Shown here: piece by piece, positions 55,686 through 64,000 of the stretch | How the letters are laid out: each line of letters opens with the position of its first letter | How positions within the stretch are numbered: position 1 is the first letter of the stretch | From: Oscillospiraceae bacterium | GTDB lineage: Bacteria > Bacillota > Clostridia > Oscillospirales > CAG-382 | Direction of reading: 5' to 3' | Assembly: GCA_015064485.1 (NCBI GenBank) | Contig: SVSD01000001.1 | Location: 88,989 to 152,988, forward strand | DNA: 64,000 nucleotides | Made by a program: the position numbers and the translations under genes | Notes under the pieces: model-generated | What the model saw: the letters and a program-made list of their open reading frames with translations, nothing else | What the model was told of the DNA's origin: nothing | The model's database searches: none

Positions 55686-57091
55686 TCGTTTTCCACCTCT
55701 TTATAGAGATCTCTGTATTTTGTAAGCATAATATTGTATCTGAAATACTCATACGCTCGTTTTTGTCCTATTTCGCCCATTTTAAGACGAACTTCTCTTG
55801 ATTCGCATAAAAGCTCCATCGCATCGGCAAGTTTTTCTCTCTGCATAGGAGGAGCAAAATATCCCGCTTTTCCGAGATTGTCTCCCGGCTTTCCGTTTAA
55901 AAGCTCGCTGCAGCATCCGACATCGGTTGTAACCGCAGGACGCTGTGCTGCAAAAGATTCAAGAACCGATAAAGGCTGTCCTTCCGAAATGCTTGTAAGC
56001 AATGTGAAATCAAGCTTTTCAAAATATTCGATTATATTTACCCGTCCTGTGAAAATTATTTTATCTTCAAGGCCAAGCTGTCTTACCAAAGCATAACATT
56101 CATCGGCATAATCCTGATCGTCAACACCGCCCATTATGTGAAGTCTGACATTATCTTTTCTTGCACAAAGCTCGAAAAATGCGTATATCATTGTTTTTAT
56201 ATCTTTGATGGGTGCAAGTCTTACAACCGCACCGATATCGACAAACCCGTCATCTTCTTTAAGAGGAATATTGCAAAGTCTTTCGTAGCTGATGCCGTTT
56301 TCGATAACTCTGCATTTTGACGGATCGCATCCCATATCTATCTGTGTATGCATCGCCCTTGTGAAAAGCGAAGTTACACGGAATGATCTTTCATATGCAA
56401 GATCTGAAAGCATATAAAAGAAATCTATCCAATGCGGTTTAAAAGCTCTTGCCACCCATTTCGCACGGATTATTTCTTCTTCCCTTTCGCGGGTATAGAT
56501 TCCGTGTTCTGTAAGAAGCATCGGCTTTTTCATAATATACGACGCCATCGACGCCAAAAGGCCGCCGTATCCTGTACATATTGCGTGATAACAATCGGCT
56601 TTGGGTATTCTTGTACCCATCAGATAAAGAACCGGCAAAAGACGGGATCTTACAGAATGGAATGTATCTGAAAATGCGATAAAAGGGAAATCCCTTTTAC
56701 AGGTTTCTGTAAGAGTTTCAAGAAAGCTTTCGCTTTTAAGGTATGACATAGGATTTATACGGCGCACCTGATACATTTCAAAAAGAAGGTTCCAATCAGG
56801 CTTGTCCGAGGAAACAAGGCGTCTGAGCGCCTCCTTTTCCTTTTCGTTAAAATGATGGTCAAATATCCCCGAATCCTTTACTCTCAGTGCATCGTCGAGA
56901 AATACCTGCTCGACTTCCACAACATTCTGCGGAAGAGTATATACAAATTTATCTTTGTCCTGAGCTTTTGCACCAATTACCCAAAGCACAAATTCGTGTT
57001 CGGGCATTTCGTTTATGTATTGATGCATCCAGGTGGAAACGCCTCCGTTGATATACGGATAACAGCCTTCCAAAACCAAACAGATCCTCAC
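55661..57091 (-). CDS. pelF: PelF-like GT4 glycosyltransferase
   Basis: GTG start after AGGAG. MRICLVLEGCYPYINGGVSTWMHQ (PelF N-terminal domain). EX7E block EGQPLSVLE. Confidence 0.8.
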   Translation of the reverse strand: MRICLVLEGCYPYINGGVSTWMHQYINEMPEHEFVLWVIGAKAQDKDKFVYTLPQNVVEVEQVFLDDALRVKDSGIFDHHFNEKEKEALRRLVSSDKPDWNLLFEMYQVRRINPMSYLKSESFLETLTETCKRDFPFIAFSDTFHSVRSRLLPVLYLMGTRIPKADCYHAICTGYGGLLASMASYIMKKPMLLTEHGIYTREREEEIIRAKWVARAFKPHWIDFFYMLSDLAYERSFRVTSLFTRAMHTQIDMGCDPSKCRVIENGISYERLCNIPLKEDDGFVDIGAVVRLAPIKDIKTMIYAFFELCARKDNVRLHIMGGVDDQDYADECYALVRQLGLEDKIIFTGRVNIIEYFEKLDFTLLTSISEGQPLSVLESFAAQRPAVTTDVGCCSELLNGKPGDNLGKAGYFAPPMQREKLADAMELLCESREVRLKMGEIGQKRAYEYFRYNIMLTKYRDLYKEVENEWPGSVLN

Positions 57092-57100
57092 GGTATACTC

Positions 57101-58954
57101 CTATTTCAAAGTTATTTCAACAACAGGTTCAGTTGCCGCAAGCAGATATAATCCGCCGGTTTGATGTGTCAAAGTTGCACCCTTTACATTTTCGGGTGTC
57201 TTTTCATTAAACCGTACAAGCATCTGAACTTCATCGTAAAAATTATCTATTGTTATTTTAACGCAGTCTTCATAAATTTCTGTCTTTGCCGACGCTGCAA
57301 CATACCTTTGTACCGCCGCCGAGGTTTCGGTACCCGTCATATTGCGAAGACCTTTTGCCGAACCATAAAGCCATGACAAAAACGAATTGAATCTTTTTTT
57401 CATTTCTCCCCAGCCAAGCTCCGCTCCTCTTTCGGGGTCAAGAGCATCGTCGGGGTGAGTAAAATGGGAATTGATAAAATGCAGATTAAGCTCGGATACA
57501 GCTGCAAGGCTTTGGAAATCATCAAGAATAAATCCTGAAATTACACGGGGCTGATCGACAATTCCGTTTTTATCCACATCAAACTCCTGCATACAGCCAA
57601 ACTGCAGTTCACCATATGCCTCATCGTCAAAATAAATTCCCGAGATTGTTCTTATTTGAGGATATTCCTTTATTAAGAAATCTCTTCCCTCGTCTGCCAA
57701 AAGGTTTGACGGCGGAACATACAAGGCGAATTCTGTATCGGGGAAAAGTTTGTCGCATAGATCAACAAGCTCATCAAAAGCTTTCTTCATCGCCTCTTCC
57801 GATTCCCATATCTTATACGGAAATACAGACATATAATCGCCGTAAAGACAAAGGGGCTGATGGTTATATCCGTGATATCCCAACTCTCCGCCTTTTCGGA
57901 GAAGCATATTCCCGAAATTTAAAAATGTGCCTGTATCGGGCTTTGCTTCAAGCGTTCCGTCTACATTATCGTCATACGATTCGATGGCAAGACCCGTATA
58001 TTTAATACCGTATTTATCGGCAAAATTCAGCATATCCGGCCACCAGATATTTATGTAAAAATCACGGATCGTCGTCTGATAATCGCGCATAATATATTCG
58101 CTGTTGCCGCTCGGTATCTGCGACGGGAAATCGTCAAGATAATATACCGATGCATTTATGACGGGATATGCACACACATCAGAAAGAAGGCTGTACGATG
58201 CCGCATAAAACCCGCGCATTGCCTTTTCATATATTCCGATATTGTCAACTACAAATATGCCTTCTCCGTATTTCGTTCTCCATACAAGCGGGACACCATT
58301 CTCATTTTCTGCTGCTGCATAAACCTTTGCGTTATCTGACAAAACTACTGTCTTTGCACATTCAAACGGATTTGAAAGTCCGAAAGCCCGGCCGCCGCCT
58401 ATCATAAATCCTTCGTTTAGAAAGATACTTTCAACCACATAATACTCGGGTGCGACATCGTCAATCCCGATCATCTGGATAATTGCCGAGGAATAGGCGT
58501 TTGATTCAAGTGTAAGCGGAAACCAAGCGGCGCCGCCGTTATGAACCCACTCTACAAGATCTATCAAAGACCCACCCATCGGGGAAAGATCTGCAAGAAG
58601 TACGATAACTTCCGAAAAGCCTTCGAACGAAGGAATGCTATCCTTTGAAAGGTCTATATCCTTATATCCGACCTTCATATCGTTGAGAATACAAAAGAAC
58701 TCCTCGTATGCGTCAGATGATGCGGCATCCCCGCTGTCACGCAAAAGAAGCGCCTTTTGCGGAAGGACAGAATATACTTCTTCTTTGGTAAAAGTATTTT
58801 CGTCGGGCAAAAATTCAAGCTGTCTTTGAAATCGGTTTGCCTGAATACCGCTCAGTTCTATAAACAGTATTGTTGCAATAGCCAAAAACACAAAGAGTAT
58901 TGCAAGAATTCCCTTGTATTTGAATTTGTATATCCGATGTATCAATTCGTCCAA
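57101..58954 (-). CDS. pelA: PelA-like deacetylase-domain protein (DUF2194-like), membrane anchored
   Basis: N-terminal TM. Candidate CE4-type metal triad YLDDFPS and YHGYNH. Position between pelE and pelF as in Gram-positive pel loci. TTG start is tentative. Confidence 0.5.
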   Translation of the reverse strand: MDELIHRIYKFKYKGILAILFVFLAIATILFIELSGIQANRFQRQLEFLPDENTFTKEEVYSVLPQKALLLRDSGDAASSDAYEEFFCILNDMKVGYKDIDLSKDSIPSFEGFSEVIVLLADLSPMGGSLIDLVEWVHNGGAAWFPLTLESNAYSSAIIQMIGIDDVAPEYYVVESIFLNEGFMIGGGRAFGLSNPFECAKTVVLSDNAKVYAAAENENGVPLVWRTKYGEGIFVVDNIGIYEKAMRGFYAASYSLLSDVCAYPVINASVYYLDDFPSQIPSGNSEYIMRDYQTTIRDFYINIWWPDMLNFADKYGIKYTGLAIESYDDNVDGTLEAKPDTGTFLNFGNMLLRKGGELGYHGYNHQPLCLYGDYMSVFPYKIWESEEAMKKAFDELVDLCDKLFPDTEFALYVPPSNLLADEGRDFLIKEYPQIRTISGIYFDDEAYGELQFGCMQEFDVDKNGIVDQPRVISGFILDDFQSLAAVSELNLHFINSHFTHPDDALDPERGAELGWGEMKKRFNSFLSWLYGSAKGLRNMTGTETSAAVQRYVAASAKTEIYEDCVKITIDNFYDEVQMLVRFNEKTPENVKGATLTHQTGGLYLLAATEPVVEITLK

Positions 58955-59820
58955 AACGCAAGTGCCTCCTTTGTTTTTGACGATAAGTAAATATGGCTGT
59001 TTTCAACTTTGGTTATGAATTTTCTTATTTCATCGCCTTTATTGAGCGAAGCTAAATACTGTATGTTCAAAAGTATATATTCGTCACAAGCCGGCCATTT
59101 TTCGCCCATTATCGAAATAATATTTTCGGCGGAATAAAAGTTTTTGCGCTTTAGTTCATTTTCCGCAAGCCGGGCGTAGTCAGAAATATCTTCGGAAACT
59201 TCAATCTTTTTGTGCATCAGTTGCGAAAACAATTCTCTGTTCATAACTTCAACCTGACCCTGCATAAGGTTCTGAGATAAACACCCCCATAAGAAATCGC
59301 AGTATTCGGAAAGAACCTTCATATCGTTGGGATTTGCATTATACTCGTTGTCAAGCTTTTGAAGCATATAGTCGTTTTCTTTTGATATTTCCACCATCGC
59401 AGTTACTGCATAATGAACAACTTCTGTATCGTCGTTGTTGCCCGCCTTTTGCAAAAATTCGACATAATCTCCCGGATTGTCATTCAAAACATCCATAATA
59501 AGAGAACGGCGTTCTCTTGCGGAATTTATGATAAGCGCCTCTTCTATCGGGACTGTCATATCAGACCTTTTGTCATCTACTGTAATACTTCGGTAAAGCT
59601 CTGACTCAAGCTTTAACTTTTCCACATCAATTTCCGCCGAATCATCAGCGTCAAAAGCGATCTGGAAATGCAAGATCATAACAATAAGCGGTCCCCAAAA
59701 GGGAAGAAAAAGCGCAACGAAAAACATATATTTATGTACCGACAAAATTTCGAATTGAATTCCCAGGAATATAAGCAGGCACACCAAAAGATGCAAAACC
59801 GCCGGTATTATGTAAATCAT
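58942..59820 (-). CDS. pelE: PelE-like protein (two N-terminal TM segments + helical repeat domain)
   Basis: Architecture and position only. No strong motif. Confidence 0.45.
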   Translation of the reverse strand: MIYIIPAVLHLLVCLLIFLGIQFEILSVHKYMFFVALFLPFWGPLIVMILHFQIAFDADDSAEIDVEKLKLESELYRSITVDDKRSDMTVPIEEALIINSARERRSLIMDVLNDNPGDYVEFLQKAGNNDDTEVVHYAVTAMVEISKENDYMLQKLDNEYNANPNDMKVLSEYCDFLWGCLSQNLMQGQVEVMNRELFSQLMHKKIEVSEDISDYARLAENELKRKNFYSAENIISIMGEKWPACDEYILLNIQYLASLNKGDEIRKFITKVENSHIYLSSKTKEALAFWTN

Positions 59821-59832
59821 ATTTCGCCTTTC

Positions 59833-62619
59833 TTATTTCAGTACGGTTGTAATAATATCAAGATCCTTAAAGCGGGGTAAAATAAAATCAAGATCCTTTT
59901 CGGACGCCTGCGAAAGGATAAGTCTTAGTTTTCCGTCTTCCGTAATTCCGAGGATATCGGTAGTTCTTATCTTTCCCAAAAGCATAGCGTCTGCCTCCTG
60001 CAAAGTATGTCCGTTTAAATCAAACTCAAATATTATGTTTGAAGAAACTTTTTTCTCGGCAAGCGCTGAGAAGTTTTTCATACACTCTGCAAAATATTCC
60101 GCATTCATAATACGGGTTCCTTTAATATACTGTTTTTCTATCAAAGCTGTGTTATAATCATACGCGCGCAAAAGCGACATCTGTACAAGGTCACGCAATA
60201 TCTTGAAAAGGTTCACATAATAAAGCGATCTCTGGTCAATGTCGGCATGCCACAAAAAGATCATAAGTATCAACTCTTCACCTCTGTATACTCCTGCGGC
60301 ATACATCGGATACTCGCTTTTAAGCTCTGTGTTTTTCCATATACCGCCGTCTTTAAGCTGTTCGATAACCGGTGCGTATGCATCTACCGAAACAGAACGG
60401 GCAGCAACATCAAGAAGATCTCTTGATGCAACTTCAAGACGGCCGAAGGCTGTATTTTGCTTAACCGAATATACTGTTATACTTTTGTTTTCAAGTATCT
60501 CTTCAAAGGTTTCTATAATTCTCAGATAAAGCTTTTGAGGGGCGACTGTATTAAGCCGTCTTGTGATATCGAATATCTTGCCGAAGCTGTCCTTGGAGCT
60601 TATTATCTGCTTTTTGAGCTCCTTTTTGTCTTTTAAGGTATCTTCGTATATTTCTGATGTGAAAATCAACTTGTCTTCAAGCAGTTTGTTTTGTTCTTCA
60701 AGAAACTTGTTATGATCCTCTTTTTTGAGATTTACATAACCGCAAAGTGCTCCGACCAAAAAGAAGAATACGAATGCCAGCCAGTTTGTCGGTTCATAAA
60801 AAATGGTAAACGCATTTGTACCTGCCGCAATTTTGGCAAAGAAATATGAGATACTCGAAAGAGTTGCCGCCGCAATACCGTATGAAAGGCCGTAAAGTGT
60901 CGCCATAATAACAATAAATATTGTGCGGAAATCAACAATCGCAAAAATCACCGCGGAATCGGTTATATGTATAAACAGTTCGGAAAGCAAAAACAAAAGG
61001 ATAAGTTCAACTGTTTTTATGATAGGAGAATGGGTTGCTATCCAATCTTTGATTTTGTCAAATAAGCCTTCTTTTTTCTGCTGTTTTGTAGAAAGATAAA
61101 GCTCATACTGTTCTGCCAGTTCCTCAATAATCGAAATTTTTGCAAACCAACCGTATTCGCTTCTCAGCGCAGTATTTATTGTTTTGAGTATTCCGGAACA
61201 TTTGGATTCCACAAAATGTATTTTAGCATTTTTATCCAGCTGATAAATTCTTTCGGCAAAATCCGAAAATGTAATGCCGAACTCGTCACCCACACTCAAA
61301 ATACCACTTCCGGCCTTCCAGTTATCAACAATACGGATGATAAGCTCTGAAAGATCGCAAAGAGAGAGGAAATGCATTCTGGAGGATGCGGCTTCGTGCA
61401 TTTCTACGGTTTTTTTGTTGTATATAGCGTCAAAAACTTTATAAAGAAAATCTTTTTTATATGTTCCCGAATATAGATACGGGATCTGTACAGTTTTTAT
61501 ATCAAGCGAATGATTTTTTGTATAAAAATCGCAAAGCTTTTCGTTGGCAGATGCCATTATCGCCTTATCGGTTTTGTCCGCAAAGGATGAATCAAGCGGT
61601 GAAAGATAGAGTATTTTAGTGCCTTTCTGAAGCTGTGCCGAATACTGCAGAACTTCACGCAGCTCTTCCGCATCATTTTTATCGGTAGAATGAAAACGCA
61701 GCCCTGCAGAAAAGAATACCACAAGGTCAAATTCATATGTTTCAAGTATTGCTTTTATTGACGGTTTCCGTACACGGAAAAGCTTTATCTTATCGGTTTT
61801 TCCAAGTTCTCTGTTGTTAACCACCATAACTTTGCTTTGCGGGAAAGTGGTCTTTACAAATTCTTCGGTAATATATCCTGTATTTCCTATAAGCAAAACT
61901 CTTTTAAGACGGATATCCGAAAAATCACCGATAACGCTCCTCTTTCTTTGAACATTTTCTCTGAATGTGACAAGCTCTCTGTGATTTACGACCCGCATAA
62001 GACATTCGACAAGCTCTTCGTCGAATGTTCCGCACATTCCGCTTGAAATCATCTGGAGAGCAACATCCTGCGAAAAGGCTTCTTTATAGCTGCGGGAACT
62101 TGTAAGAGCGTCATAAGAATCGGCGAGTGAAACCGCCTGCGCCCAAAGGGGGATTTCCTTTCCGCGCAATCCGTCAGGGTAGCCTGTACCGTCAATTCTT
62201 TCGTGGTGATATCTTGCAATCTGCGCAGCATACTCGATAGTTTTATCGCTTATATCTTCGTGCTGTGCTGTGCGGATGATCTGTTCGCCGAACACCGCAT
62301 GTTTTTTAACAATATCATATTCAACCGGTGAAAGAGTACCCGGATAATTGAGAATACTCTTCGGAATCTGAAGTTTGCCTATATCGTGAAGCGTACTTGC
62401 TGTTGATATTGCAGCAATATCCTCTTCCGAAAGGGATATTTCGGGCTTATATACACAAAGTTCACAAAGGAGATATTCACAGATCTTCATTACATGATAT
62501 ATATGATATATGCTCTCTCCGTTAAGCTCTCTTTCTTCCGCATCCTCGGCAAGATATTCTGTTTTTATCTTGTTTATGCCGTTTTCCGAATACAAAGAAA
62601 GAATAGGTGATCCTTGCAT
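59833..62619 (-). CDS. pelD: PelD-like c-di-GMP receptor with extra N-terminal HD-GYP domain (HD-GYP / SDR-like / TM / GAF / degenerate GGDEF)
   Basis: HDIGK and HHERIDGTGYP. Rossmann-like RVLLIGNTGYITEEF. About 4 TM segments at roughly residues 545-650. C-terminal RTTD (RxxD) exactly 5 residues before EDGKL in the GGDEF position. Confidence 0.65.
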   Translation of the reverse strand: MQGSPILSLYSENGINKIKTEYLAEDAEERELNGESIYHIYHVMKICEYLLCELCVYKPEISLSEEDIAAISTASTLHDIGKLQIPKSILNYPGTLSPVEYDIVKKHAVFGEQIIRTAQHEDISDKTIEYAAQIARYHHERIDGTGYPDGLRGKEIPLWAQAVSLADSYDALTSSRSYKEAFSQDVALQMISSGMCGTFDEELVECLMRVVNHRELVTFRENVQRKRSVIGDFSDIRLKRVLLIGNTGYITEEFVKTTFPQSKVMVVNNRELGKTDKIKLFRVRKPSIKAILETYEFDLVVFFSAGLRFHSTDKNDAEELREVLQYSAQLQKGTKILYLSPLDSSFADKTDKAIMASANEKLCDFYTKNHSLDIKTVQIPYLYSGTYKKDFLYKVFDAIYNKKTVEMHEAASSRMHFLSLCDLSELIIRIVDNWKAGSGILSVGDEFGITFSDFAERIYQLDKNAKIHFVESKCSGILKTINTALRSEYGWFAKISIIEELAEQYELYLSTKQQKKEGLFDKIKDWIATHSPIIKTVELILLFLLSELFIHITDSAVIFAIVDFRTIFIVIMATLYGLSYGIAAATLSSISYFFAKIAAGTNAFTIFYEPTNWLAFVFFFLVGALCGYVNLKKEDHNKFLEEQNKLLEDKLIFTSEIYEDTLKDKKELKKQIISSKDSFGKIFDITRRLNTVAPQKLYLRIIETFEEILENKSITVYSVKQNTAFGRLEVASRDLLDVAARSVSVDAYAPVIEQLKDGGIWKNTELKSEYPMYAAGVYRGEELILMIFLWHADIDQRSLYYVNLFKILRDLVQMSLLRAYDYNTALIEKQYIKGTRIMNAEYFAECMKNFSALAEKKVSSNIIFEFDLNGHTLQEADAMLLGKIRTTDILGITEDGKLRLILSQASEKDLDFILPRFKDLDIITTVLK

Positions 62620-62744
62620 TTTAAATATCTCCTTCCTGCGAAATTTTATAGTTATCGCATTATGTCATAAAACTATACATTATAATTATATAATGCATTT
62701 ATTAAAAAAATGTTAACAATGAAGTTTTTATGCCCGCAATCGAC

Positions 62745-62776
62745 AAAAAACAGGCGATAAAAATCGCCTGTTTTTT
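62745..62776 (-). terminator. Terminator separating the acyltransferase gene from the pel operon
   Basis: aaaaaacaggcgat-aaaa-atcgcctgtttttt. Confidence 0.8.
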
Positions 62777-62790
62777 CAATATTAGTATTT

Positions 62791-63750
62791 TTACCGATTG
62801 GAAACCTTTTTTGATTTGAACAATTTCATTATGTATGTAACTAAAGCACAAAACAGCATTGACACAGCTATACAAAGCGCATACCCTATAAGTGTATGCA
62901 TTTGTATATTTCTGAAAACAAGCTCCATTATACCGACTGCAGCTATATGGGTAAGATATATCACAAGGCTGTTTTTTCCCCAGGCAGTGAAAAATGTTTT
63001 TCTTCTCGGCACAAGCACAAGAATAGGAATTCCCGCGCAGACTGCCATAACATAATGGAAGGCACGGAAGAAAATATTATACTGTCCGTTATTATAGCTA
63101 AACGAACCGTAAAGCCATTCGGAATTAATTTCCGGAGAAACAAGAATAAATACTATACACAAAGCCGCAAAAAGGATACCTGCGGTAATTCTTACCGACT
63201 TTCTTCTGAAGCGTTTTAAAAAGTCGGTCTGCGATTTCTCCCTGTCGTATTTCTTTGCAAAAAATCCTGTCATAAAATATGGATAAAATACGATTATTCT
63301 TGAAAAGGATACGAAATATCCGACCGAATCGTCAAAACCGAAAAGACAAGATATGATTATAGATATTAGTATTGTCGGAATTCTCCACCAAGCACCTATC
63401 TTATCAAGCAGAGGTGTTGTAAGCCTCCAGAAGCAGAGGGCAAGAAGATACCACAAAATCCATACCGGCGTCGTTGCCTGAATAACCTGCATCGAAAAAA
63501 TGCAATATATAAATTGGCATATGACATACGGAATGAGTATCTTTTTTACTATTTTATCAGTCGAACTTGAGGCAAGATATCCCGAACAGAAAACAAACAG
63601 CGGCATATGGAAAAGATATATAAGCTTATATCCCGCAAGGGTGTTTCCCATCGGAAGTCTTTCGAGAAGATGCCCGAGAACCACAAGAACGATAAGAATA
63701 CCTTTTACATTATCCCAGAAATTCAAACGGAAAAAAGATTCTTTATTCAT
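62791..63750 (-). CDS. Acyltransferase family 3 membrane protein (sugar O-acyltransferase type)
   Basis: ..FWDNVKGILIVLVVLGHLL.. N-terminus and ~10 TM segments. Confidence 0.75.
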   Translation of the reverse strand: MNKESFFRLNFWDNVKGILIVLVVLGHLLERLPMGNTLAGYKLIYLFHMPLFVFCSGYLASSSTDKIVKKILIPYVICQFIYCIFSMQVIQATTPVWILWYLLALCFWRLTTPLLDKIGAWWRIPTILISIIISCLFGFDDSVGYFVSFSRIIVFYPYFMTGFFAKKYDREKSQTDFLKRFRRKSVRITAGILFAALCIVFILVSPEINSEWLYGSFSYNNGQYNIFFRAFHYVMAVCAGIPILVLVPRRKTFFTAWGKNSLVIYLTHIAAVGIMELVFRNIQMHTLIGYALCIAVSMLFCALVTYIMKLFKSKKVSNR

Positions 63751-63765
63751 ATCTTTTTCGTCCGT

Positions 63766-64000
63766 TTATATATCGTTTCTTACAATATCTTCGAAAGTTT
63801 CGCGCTTTACTGCCACATAATCCCTTTTACCGTCTACCATAATGATGGGAAGACGGGGAATTCTGTTGTAGTTTGATGCCATTGAATAGTTATATGCGCC
63901 TGTTGTAAGAACAGCGATTATATCGCCTCTTTCAACAGAGGATGGAAGATATATGTTTTCCTGTAAGATATCTCCGCTTTCACAGCATCTTCCGACAACA
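63766..64000 (-). CDS. lysA: Diaminopimelate decarboxylase, C-terminal 78 codons (5' part beyond the window)
   Basis: My own minus-strand translation: VVGRCCESGDILQENIYLPSSVERGDIIAVLTTGAYNYSMASNYNRIPRLPIIMVDGK..RNDI*. CESGD and GAYxxSMASNYN are LysA signatures. Not in the ORF track because it lacks an internal start. Confidence 0.85.
   Translation of the reverse strand, partial: VVGRCCESGDILQENIYLPSSVERGDIIAVLTTGAYNYSMASNYNRIPRLPIIMVDGKRDYVAVKRETFEDIVRNDI

Noticed and set aside
1-64000. Search for CRISPR arrays, IS/transposase or integrase genes, prophage genes, toxin-antitoxin pairs or known defence systems
   Set aside because: No regularly spaced direct repeats, and no ORF with recombinase, transposase, nuclease-ATPase or phage structural signatures that I can recognise. 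The only mobile-looking features are the small non-coding repeats reported above.

Overview
64-kb chromosomal window that looks like a low-GC Gram-positive anaerobe, probably Clostridia-like. That placement is inference only, from GGAGG ribosome-binding sites, TTGACA/TATAAT promoters, ThyX, IorAB and an ECF-type ThiT. I count about 55 protein genes, five solitary tRNA genes (Arg-CCU, Val-GAC, Gln-CUG, Arg-ACG, Pro-GGG) and one TPP riboswitch. Most genes are housekeeping: shikimate genes, recG, gap, thyX-tmk, mltG, ychF-ybaB-recR, an ABC/GldG/DUF4340 set and lysA. Four things stand out. (1) 47.4-62.6 kb holds a ten-gene, translationally coupled minus-strand operon. It joins a Gram-positive-type pel exopolysaccharide locus (pelD-E-A-F-G) to a CotH lipoprotein / VTC-domain / DUF4956 module and to an EAL phosphodiesterase and a GGDEF cyclase. 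Its PelD carries an unusual N-terminal HD-GYP domain. (2) Small repeat structures sit at tRNA 3' ends: tRNA-Arg(ACG) and tRNA-Pro(GGG) are each followed by a second copy of their own 3' end, bracketing homologous ~115-125-bp inserts. A separate ~250-bp repeat family and a terminator-hairpin family are also present. (3) A 617-bp convergent intergenic region (14.8-15.5 kb) has long-range helices and no assignable gene. (4) An acyl-CoA ligase / iorAB / aminotransferase cluster fits arylacetate-to-aromatic-amino-acid metabolism. I saw no CRISPR array, transposase, integrase, rRNA or recognisable defence genes. All calls were made by eye from the sequence and ORF track. No database search, HMM or folding program was run, and hairpin and promoter coordinates were hand-counted.
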